Shown: in pieces, positions 54,357 to 64,000 of the stretch | Position numbering within the stretch: position 1 is the first letter of the stretch | Layout of the letters: every line of letters begins with the position of its first letter | Source: Octopus vulgaris | Taxonomy: Eukaryota | Assembly: GCA_951406725.2 (NCBI GenBank) | Contig: OX597828.1 | Coordinates: 77,562,001 to 77,626,000 of the forward strand | Direction of reading: 5' to 3' | Length of the DNA stretch: 64,000 nt | The notes under the pieces: model-generated | The model's database searches: none | What the model was told of the DNA's origin: nothing | The model's input: the letters and a program-made list of their open reading frames with translations, nothing else | Position numbers and translations under genes: made by a program

Positions 54357-56640
54357 TCAACGAGGAGTTTGCATATTAAGATGCGTTTTGAATTTTTCAA
54401 TAAAGAGATTCTCCTTGTTAATTCTCTCCTGTGTGGTGATTCCGTCTTTACATTGGTAGAAGGGGAATATGTAAAATTTGGGATTTTTGTCTTTAGCGCA
54501 TGAGTCTATGTGGTCACTCAGTAGGATTTGCCGGTATTCCGGGAGATTTATTTGTTCTTTATGTACCGCTACTCGTTTACGTAACGGGAGGCTCGTTTGT
54601 CCAACATAATTATGTTGGTAACCAGCGCATGAGAACGTAGATAAGGTTCTCGGAGGAACAGGAGAAGTTAGTCTTGATTTTAAACTTCATTCCTTGTTTG
54701 AAGATAAATTCAGAGCCTTCAAGTAGGAAGGGGCAGGTGCCACAGTTTGGGCGTGCACATTTTTTAACTGCTGGGGGTGGATGTGGTGTGTGAAGTTTGG
54801 CATTTGTCAAGAGTTTTTTTAAGATTTGTGTTGCCTTTTACATTTGAGGATTTTGTGTGTATTTATAATGTTATTCATTTTTGGGTCTGTTGACAGTAGA
54901 GTGAGGTTTTGTATGATTGTGGTGTATGCTTCGATATTTTTGGGGTTGTGGGTGGAAATGTATGGAAGTATTTTGGGGTAGTGTGTGTTGTTGGGTTGGG
55001 TGGTTTTCAGTGTAATGTTGTCTAGTTCTTTGGCGCGTTTTATTCCATACTCTATAAGGGTGGAGGGATATTGGCGTTGTAATAGTGTTTTTTTGAGGTC
55101 TTGAAGACGTATTTCTCGAGTTTTTGGATCCGAGACAATGGTGCATACCCTTTTAGCTAAATTGAAAGGGATATTTGTCTTGGTGTGTTTTGGGTGGCAT
55201 GAACTAAAGATGAGGTATTGTTGTGAGTCTGTAGGTTTGTGGTAGATGTCTGTTATGATTTGGTTCTTAGGTGTTTTTATAATTAGGAGATCAAGGAAAG
55301 GGAGATGATGTTTGCTTAATTCCATAGTGAATTGGATGTTGGGATGTATGTTGTTCAGTATGGTTTTGAATTCCAGGAGTTTTTCATAAGGTTCTTTCCA
55401 TATGATGAAACAATCATCCAAATACCTTTTCCAGTTTTCCATTAGGTAGGTGTGGAAAACATGTCCAAATTTCTGGCGTGATATCTCATAGAGTGATAGT
55501 TCGAAGAAACCCATTATGAGGGTCGCAAGGACTGGTGCAGCCTTGGTACCCATCGCAATACCACATTTTTTACGGTAGTGTGTGTTGTCGAAGAGGAAAT
55601 AATTGTTTGTCAGAATGAACTTGAGTGATTCCGTAATAAAGGACTTGTGAATGCGGTCAGGGAATGTCTCTGGGTGTTTTTCTAGCCAGAAATCAATTGC
55701 CTCAATACCATATTTATGTGGGATGTTGGTGTAGAGATTGATGACATCAAAGGATACCAGGAGCGCCTCCTCGTTAACTCTTTTCGGGAGGTGTTTGAGC
55801 ATGTCCAGATCATCCCTAATGAAACTTTTGATGTGGGTAAGGAGAGGTTTCAAAAGGATGTCTTGGAAATTACTCAGGCGGTGTGTTTCACAGGAGGTGC
55901 CAGCCACGATGGGCCTTAGTTTTAGGTCCTCCGGTGCTTTGATGTTGATGTGGATGTCAGAGGAGAGTTTGCAGGCTTCGGTGATGTATTTGTTTTTATA
56001 AAAAAGGCTAGGCTTGCATTTGAAATTGGTGATATAATCCCATTCTTTTTCTGTGAGTCCCTGACCGTGTTGGAGTATGTGTGTGGTGAGGTTTTTGATT
56101 GTTTTTTGTTGTTTATAGTTGTTAATAACCTCATAGAAAGTGTTGTTGTTAAGCATGGAAAGCACTAGGTGTTTATAAAACTCCGTGTCCATAAGGACCA
56201 CAGCGCTCCCTTTGTCGGCTTCTTTGATGGTAAGGTTTTTGTCCAGTTGTAGGTCACGTAGGTTTTTCCATTCTTCCCTACTGAAATTGGATTTTACCTT
56301 GGTTTTGCCTGGAGTAAAGGGGAGACTCTGGATGTGTTTGCAAAAATCGTCCAGTGCCTTATTTCTTCCTTTTGATGGTAGGAAGTTATTTTTGTTTTGA
56401 TCAATGAATCGTCCTCATTGTTGAGATCTGTCAGAGCTTCTGTTAAACGAAGTTTTCTGCAGAATTCAGAAACGTTGGGGTTGGGTGTTCTTGGGGTGGG
56501 TGTGAATTTCAAACCTCTTGCTAGGATGTTGATTTGGGTTGGTGTCAGTGTTTTGCTGGAGAGGTTTATAATTTTTGTTTTCTTATTTTGGGTTTGTGTT
56601 AGCGGTGGTGTTTGTATTTTTCTCCTCTGTCTAAAAAATG
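54357..56640 (-). pseudogene. PLE polyprotein (reverse transcriptase + GIY-YIG endonuclease) broken by several frameshifts
   Basis: N-terminal part: IINLSSKTLT..LARGLKFTPTP and KEADKGSAVVLMD. The 460-aa ORF 54819-56201 contains LRPIVAG, LVSFDVINLYTNIPH, GIAMGTKAAP, WKRYLDDCF, LPFLDL and YHKPTDSQQYL..SSCHP. It is followed by CARPNCGTC, NLIYVL / CAGYQHNYVGQT, and FIEKFKTHLN..* (stop at 54357-54359). Confidence 0.95.
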
Positions 56641-57491
56641 GTTGTTGAAGTAAGGGGTGTATTGTTTATTAAAGTTCTGGTTGTATGTGTGGGGGTGTTT
56701 TGGGGTGGGGAGGTTGGAAGGGGGTAGGTAGTTGTAGTGCTTATGTTGGTATGGGATGCGATGGTGTAAGGTTTTGTGAGAAATGCGGTGGGTTTGTGGG
56801 TGTTTGTATGGTAGATTGTATGGGGGGATGTAGGGGGTATGTATCTGTGGTGATTGGGTTCGTGTGGGATGTGAGGGTTTGGAGATCTGTAGGAAATGTG
56901 GTAGGAATGTGGTTGTTGGATGACTGGACTATAAAGGGTTCGTTGGGTGGGTATTATATGTATCGGTGTGGGTACGATGCCTTGTTTGTTATTAGCGTGA
57001 GAGAGGGGAGCATTGAGGGGGGATAATTCCTAGTGTATGGGAGGTTCTTGATGGTTCTTGTCGGTGGGGGAGGGGTGTTAGAATGACTAGAGATCCAGGT
57101 TTTGTGGTGGGTATTGTTTGAGATATTTTTTGGGGGAAAAGGGCTTCTTGTATGGTTGGGGGAGGTTGTGTCCAGTTTGGAGGGGGTTTGGAGAGTATAT
57201 ATATATATAACCATCAAGAACCTCCCATACACTAGGAATTATCCCCCCCTCAATGCTCCCCTCTCTCACGCTAATAACAAACAAGGCATCGTACCCACAC
57301 CGATACATATAATACCCACCCAACGAACCCCCTATAGTCCACCCATCCAACAACCACATTCCTACCACATTTCCTACAGATCTCCAAACCCTCACATCCC
57401 ACACGAACCCAATCACCACAGATACATACCCCTACATCCCCCCATACAATCTACCATACAAACACCCACAAACCCACCGCATTTCTCACAA

Positions 57492-57653
57492 TACATATAT
57501 ATATATATATACGACGGGCTTCTTTCAGTTTCCGTCTACCAAACCCACTCACTAGGCTTTGGTCGGCCCGAGGCTATAATAGAAGACACTTGCCCAAAGT
57601 GGGACTGAACCCGGAACCATGTGGTTGGTGAGCAAGCTACTTTCCACTCCTGC
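57492..57653 (-). mobile_element. SINE family B, 5' half (right part of the split copy)
   Basis: (TA)n, then acgacgggcttctttcagtttccgtctacc...gaagacacttgcccaa.gtgggactgaacccggaaccatgtggttgg...ccactcctgcg. Confidence 0.88.
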
Positions 57654-57966
57654 GTTTATGTGTTCATTAATTTTCATTACAATCTGCTTTTATTGATTTT
57701 GGGTGGGGGGGGGACGTTGCATTGTTTACGTTAATCTTTATTAAGAGTTGATACTAGAAAAGAAAACACTTTTTTTTCTTATGTTAAACAGTAAAATAAA
57801 ATGAAAATATTTTTTAAAGCTGGCCTTGTTGAGAAGTCCTAGCATGAGGTAGATATTCCAAAATGCTCGAATGTGCTGTTGTACTCTTATCAAACAGAGG
57901 AGGGAGTAAGTCTTGGTATGAAATTAAATCTAAATTAGTAATTACTTGTTTATTATATGTTTTTTT

Positions 57967-58235
57967 AAATAAGTACCAGTTACGCACTGGGGTCGATATA
58001 ATCGACTTAATCCGTTTGTCTGTCTTTGTCCTCTGTGTGTTTAGCTCCTTGTGGGTAGTAAAGAAATAGGTATTTCATCTGCCGCTACGTTCTGAGTTCA
58101 AATTCCGCCGAGGTCGACTTTGCCTTTCATCCTTTCGGAGTCGATTAAATAAATACCAGTTACGCACTGGGGTTGATGTAATCAACTTAAACCCTTCCCC
58201 CAAATTTGAGGCTTTGTGCTTCGAGTAGAAAGAAT

Positions 58236-58288
<53 letters not shown>

Positions 58289-58470
58289 AAGCGGTGAGCT
58301 GGCAGAATCGTTCGCCCACCAGGCAAAATGCTTAGTGGTATTTCGTCCTTCTTTACATTCTGAGTTCAAATTCCACCGAGGCAGATTTTACCTTTCGTCC
58401 TTTGGGGATCGATACAATAAGTACCAGTTAAGCACTGGGGTCAAGGTCATCAACTTACTCCCTCCTCCGT
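57967..58470 (+). mobile_element. Family A SINE cluster: a partially dimeric copy (57967-58235) and a second copy (58289-58470)
   Basis: taccagttacgcactgggg occurs twice (~57974 and ~58154). A new head, gcggtgagctggcagaatcg, follows the (GTA)n run. Confidence 0.85.
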
Positions 58471-59085
58471 TTGATAAGAGTACAACAGCACATTTGACCA
58501 GTACTGCTACCAACATTAAAGAATCCCACTTGTATTAAGGAAACACACTTCAAATCTCAACAAAGCATTGCTGTCGCAGATACTTTCATCGTTTTTCTAC
58601 AATATTTGATTTGCGTTCAGCGCCACAAGAGTGCGCCGCCAAAATTTTTTGTCTTGTAATTGCTTTTATTGTTGAGGAGTTTGTTGGTGTTGATGTTGTT
58701 GTTACTGTTGAAGAAGAAAAAATCTGCTGTTTGCGATAATGAGTTGTCGTTTTTCAGGTTTTTGAAAAAGCGAAAGTATTTTGCAACGAAAAATGTTGGT
58801 AGTTCAGCAATATCAAATAGTTTTAAAATAATCTTTTTTAAAACTTAATATAAAACAAATAGTTTAAAATCAAGTATTTTTCTGCTCTATATTTCATGTA
58901 GTTTCAATAAACGTTCTTATGATGGTTTGTTGCCAACTTAATGTGGCAGTCTCAGGAAAGGGAAGAATGTACTGCTATTTAGCCCCAATAAACACCGTTT
59001 CTAGTTGGCTATGTGACACAAGCGTACTGTGTGATTAAGTTTTCGAACAGGGGAGATAAGCACCTCCACCCAACAAAGCCAGCAA

Positions 59086-59126
59086 CCAAAGACTAGTTTC
59101 AGAATAGTTGCTCTTCATCAGTCTGG
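59086..59126 (-). ncRNA. Minimal type I hammerhead ribozyme with canonical core
   Basis: The minus strand reads ccaga-CTGATGA-agag(caacta)ttct-GAAA-CTAG-TC-tttgg. CUGAUGA and GAAA are exact, stem II is 4 bp, stem III is the palindrome ACTAGT, the cleavage triplet is GUC, and stem I is 5 bp and extends into a long hairpin. Confidence 0.75.
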
Positions 59127-59479
59127 ATTAGCTTGGCTTTGCTAGCTGTCGGTGCTAAATCGCTGTAGAAAACTTATAGGATTTCATGTGAAATAAATTC
59201 ACTGATCTAGCGAATATTTCTAAATGCTTGTAGATAATGAAATTAAATGAACGCAACGGAAGTGATACTAAGAATTAAAGCCATTCCGTATTATAATTCC
59301 TTGTATCACCTTCTTGTTGTTGTTGTTGTTGTTGTTTAAATAAAAAATGACCTTGTTTATGATGTTCCTGTTCCGTTCTTCTTGGCTTTCGTTGTTACTC
59401 TTCCTGCTATTGTTCCTGTTTTCGTTGATTTTTCACTCATTTTTGTTGATACTATCTATTTTTTATTTGTTTTTTGATT

Positions 59480-59775
59480 TTATCTTTTACTTCTTTCAGT
59501 TATTTGACTACGTCCACGCTGGGGCACCGCCTTGAGGGATATTAGCCTTACAAATCGGCCCCAAGGTTTCTTTAAGCCTAGTACTTATTCTATTGGTCAC
59601 TTTTGCCGGACAAAATGTTTAACGGCACTTCTCAATTCAAATTCCGCCTCGGTCGACTTTGCCTTTCATTTATTTCGGGGTCAATAAATTAAGTACCAGT
59701 TAAATACTGGGGCCGATGTAATCGACTAGACTCGTCCCCAAACATTTCGGACTTTGTGCCTATAGTAGACAGGTT
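59480..59775. mobile_element. Chimera of a family B 3' part (-) and a family A SINE (+)
   Basis: B(-) part: tttcagttatttgact...ctggggcaccgccttga...agcctagtacttattctattggtcacttttgccg. A(+) part: gccggacaaaatg...ttcaaattccgcctcggtcgactttgcctttcat. Confidence 0.8.
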
Positions 59776-60299
59776 ATTGTTGTTGTTGTTGCCGTTTGCA
59801 TTGCTCTTTTTATTGTTGATGATGTGCTTCTCTCCAACTCGTGTTTATCTTCCCCTGTTTTTGCTCTCATTATACAGTTATTTTTTATTTACTGTTTTTA
59901 TTTTTGTCATTAAATTCGTTGCTATTTTTGTTTTCGGTGATAATGCTTTACGCTGACGTTGTTGATATGTTTCTTGCGAATGTTGTTGCAAAAGTTTATT
60001 TCGCATTTGATTAAGAATTTAATTTGGAAATGACATCAATGACAAGCTCTTAGGGAACGTTGGAAGGAGAAAAAAAATGCCCACAAATACAACAAAGTAA
60101 AGAAACTATCGTTGTCGTTGTTGATGTTGCTTGGGAATTGTTTATTTATTTATTTTTTGCATTTTAATTAACGAAAAATCATCATTTTCTAAGTTGGCAT
60201 GTCCTCAATACCACGTTTTGTTATTTATCGTTTTTATAGCACACTTCTCATTCACTCAAATGCATTTTATCACAGCACAGATCACATCAGCTGTACGTG

Positions 60300-60479
60300 T
60301 GAGTGTTTATACACACACACACATACACATGCACAAACACTCACATATATACATATATATGCATATATGCTTAGATGTATATAATATTGTATTATATACT
60401 ATATGATATATATATTATATATCATATGATATATTATACCTACATGTTAGTGTGCACAGATATCAAGAATATTATACTC

Positions 60480-60523
<44 letters not shown>

Positions 60524-60651
60524 GCATACATACATACATGCATATACACACCTATATTTATATATAAACATACATATACATGTATATGCAAACATACAGA
60601 TATAGATATTATGAACAGAAATGTATAACATATAATCATGTGTGGTTTTAT

Positions 60652-60720
<69 letters not shown>

Positions 60721-60954
60721 TGTATGTATATACTGTACATATATGTATATGTTGTTATATACATAAACATACCTATATCCTCATACATATATATACATAT
60801 ATAAGTATACATGTAATTTTTCATATGCATACACATAAACGGATATGCATATATATTTTATTATTTATTTACATACACAGATATGCAGATACATAAACAT
60901 ATATACAACAGGCATATATGCACATGTGATTATATATATATGTGTGTATGAGTG

Positions 60955-60985
<31 letters not shown>

Positions 60986-61475
60986 ATATATATACATATA
61001 TATCTGTATATATTCAAATACATATATATGTACTTATGTATACATATGTATGTATGTGTGCACATATATATGTATATATGGGTGTATGTATATATATATA
61101 CATATATATATATGTATATATAAGTGTATGTATGTATATATATATATACGTATGTATATATATATACGTATATATATATATATATATATATACATATATA
61201 TACATATGTACATATATATATATATATATGTATATATAAGTGTATGTATGTATATATACGTATATATATATATATACATATATATATATACATATGTACA
61301 TATAGATATGTATATAAGTGTATGTATATATATATATATACATATATATATACATATGTACATATAGATATGTATATACGCGTATGTATATATATATATA
61401 TGTACATATATATGTATATATACACGTATATATATATATATATATATACACACATGTATATGTATATATATATAT

Positions 61476-61540
<65 letters not shown>

Positions 61541-61844
61541 TATGTATGTATATATATATATATATATAAGCGCATATACGTATATCAAATTAAATCTAAT
61601 CATGGTTGACTCAGGCTTGAACGGTGAATACATGTTTACATTTACATAAAACGTTCTCTGTTCACGTTTTTATGGTTATTCATCAGCTCTTTATATCTAC
61701 AGCAAAGCTTTGTTTCATTGTGTGAAAGCACATTCCTACACCCGAATGCTAATACACACTTAAACTCATAGACACACATATATAAACGCATGCATACACA
61801 CACGCTATCACACACACATATATATATATGTGTATACACACACA

Positions 61845-61907
<63 letters not shown>

Positions 61908-62230
61908 CAAATATATGTATATAACAAAATATATATATAGAGTATATATATATATTTATATATATATACATATATATATATATATACATACTCACACATA
62001 ATTATAAATATATGTATATGTATACAAACATATATATTTTAAACATACATATATACATCTATATACATTTATATATATTTCTATACATACAAATATATAT
62101 ATATATGTACATACAAATATTTATATATATACATTTATATATATGTTTATGTGTGAGTGTGTATGTATATATACATATACTTTTATTTTTATTTGTAATA
62201 TGTATATATATATATATTTATGTGTATACA
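60300..62230. repeat. Compound (TA)n/(CA)n/(TG)n low-complexity field
   Basis: Seen directly; it is the source of the many YI/HT-repeat ORFs. Confidence 0.95.
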
Positions 62231-63216
62231 TTGTTTTAATAAATGAAGCTGTGTCAATGAAATTTTTTATAAACTAAATTAAATTTATTTTTCTCTTACG
62301 ATTTTTCTATTTTAAAAGTTGTTATTCATGACGAAACAAGGGAATTCGGAGGAGATAAAATATATTTTGGATTCATTTTCGTTGAGCTCCGCTGCGTGTA
62401 ACATAACAGTGGATTGAAATGATTTTTGACCCGTCGATCGAGGCTATGTATCAACATTTCCTCGGACGAAAACAGTTTCTATGAGAAGGCTTCTCTTTAG
62501 AAACCTTTCACTGTATACAATCAACAGTAACAATTCTCACCCGGTCGAAGTTCCACTGCTGTTCGATATTCCTGTCGGTTCTGATCTGTTCGTTTCTGAT
62601 TTGCCTTAATGTTAGAGCAAACTGAGAAATATTTTTATCTCTTCAATATCCCGTCAAGATATGTGTGTGTAATTTAGTCTGTTTTCAGTTGTATATGCAG
62701 TTAACATATTTGTATTTCAGAAGAATAGTGGAAATGCAATTTCTTCATGTACAAAGTTTTAGGGAACTTATTTTTTCTTACAACATTAATATTTTGCGTT
62801 TAAAAGCTCTTATTCGAGTAAAACTTGGAGTTGAAATAACTTTCTAATTCAGATTATGTAAACCACAAAGAAAACAACGTTAAGAAACTTTGTTGTTTTC
62901 TCTGATGAAATTTTCCGGAAGTAGAGTTATTTCGCGTCCATATTTCATAGACAGAACAATTAATCTTCCATTTTTGATGGATGTTAAAAATAAATATCAT
63001 AATTTTATGAGGTAAAAAGAGTAATTTTTGCATTAGCAAAAACTGCAGTTCATAGTGGAGAACGTAATTTATTCAGTCGCGTATCGAAACTACTTGGAAG
63101 AAATAGCTTTATGGCAGCTAGGCAGCACTGTATTATGTTTGCATACATACGCACACAGTATATAAGCGGGTATATATGTTTGTGTGTATATGTGTATAAA
63201 TATATACATATATATA

Positions 63217-63269
<53 letters not shown>

Positions 63270-63382
63270 AAACACACCTATACATATATATGTATCCTTA
63301 CACACATATCCCTAGTTATGAATATTTGTGCATATATGCATACACACAAAAAATGTCTATGTATATACAGATGTATGTTTGC

Positions 63383-63425
<43 letters not shown>

Positions 63426-64000
63426 CATGTACATATATGTGTATATATGCGCGCATATTTATACATATATATGTGTGTGTGTTTCTATGTGTATTTATGT
63501 ATGTATATCTCTACACCTTAGTGACACACAACGAGTGTTCACTGTATTTAAGGCCGTAATTGAATCATAATGAATATTTGTAGATTCAAAGCACGTAACA
63601 GTCTTACGAGGAGAAACCTTTTTTCGTCTCAGCTGACCTCTGGGTCACTGGGAATATTTCGGGTTAGTAACACTTGACTAACTTTCTTATTAAGTTTAGC
63701 TAACTTGTAGGTAAGTAGCGGTATTACATAATTATACACACACCTCTCACTTTCTCTCTCATTCTCTCTCTCACTTTCTCTCTCTCCCTCTCTCTTTCAC
63801 TCTCTCTCTCCCTCTCTCTCACTCTGGATAAATATGTGTGCGTTTCGTGTATATATGTATATATACATATTTATATATATGTGTGTGTATATGCTTGTAT
63901 GTATGTATGTATGTATGTATGTATGTCTGTATGTATGTATGTATGTACATATGTACGTATGTATATATATGTAAGTATGTATGTGCGCCGCACATATTCA

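Larger units (their letters stand above)
53540..57491 (-). mobile_element. Penelope-like retroelement (RT + Zn-linker + GIY-YIG), frameshifted, with an inverted 5' duplication
   Basis: See the coding pseudogene below. The element is bounded by (TA)n on both sides, has 283-bp inverted arms at 56774-57056 and 57209-57491, and carries a hammerhead-like motif in its 3' region. Confidence 0.92.

Overview
This is AT-rich eukaryotic DNA dominated by microsatellites ((TA)n, (TG)n, (ATT)n, (GATA)n, (CTT)n). The SINE and microsatellite profile looks like an octopus/cephalopod genome, which is an inference from remembered repeat families and not a database result. I found no host protein-coding exon, rRNA, intact tRNA or CRISPR array, and almost all ORFs in the supplied track are translated simple repeats. 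The recognisable content is transposon-derived: (1) several R4/Dong-type non-LTR retrotransposon pieces with a restriction-like endonuclease, mostly sitting in (TAA)n runs, including an open N-terminus that runs off the left edge; (2) two Penelope-like elements (PLEs) in (TA)n, one with RT + GIY-YIG and a 283-bp inverted 5' duplication, nested inside a split SINE; (3) a decayed Gypsy gag-PR-RT remnant, a mariner transposase remnant, a hAT MITE with an 8-bp TSD, a TA-flanked CCGTA-type MITE, a Helentron/DINE-1-like element and a foldback element; (4) more than 25 tRNA-derived SINE copies or fragments from about three families. The most interesting signal is three minimal type I hammerhead-ribozyme-like motifs with palindromic stem III, at 59086-59126 (-), 53643-53684 (-) and 34359-34410 (+). 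The first has a canonical core at the tip of a ~135-nt foldback. I cannot support a wholly new biological system from this window alone. All motif readings and alignments were done by eye, and element boundaries are approximate.
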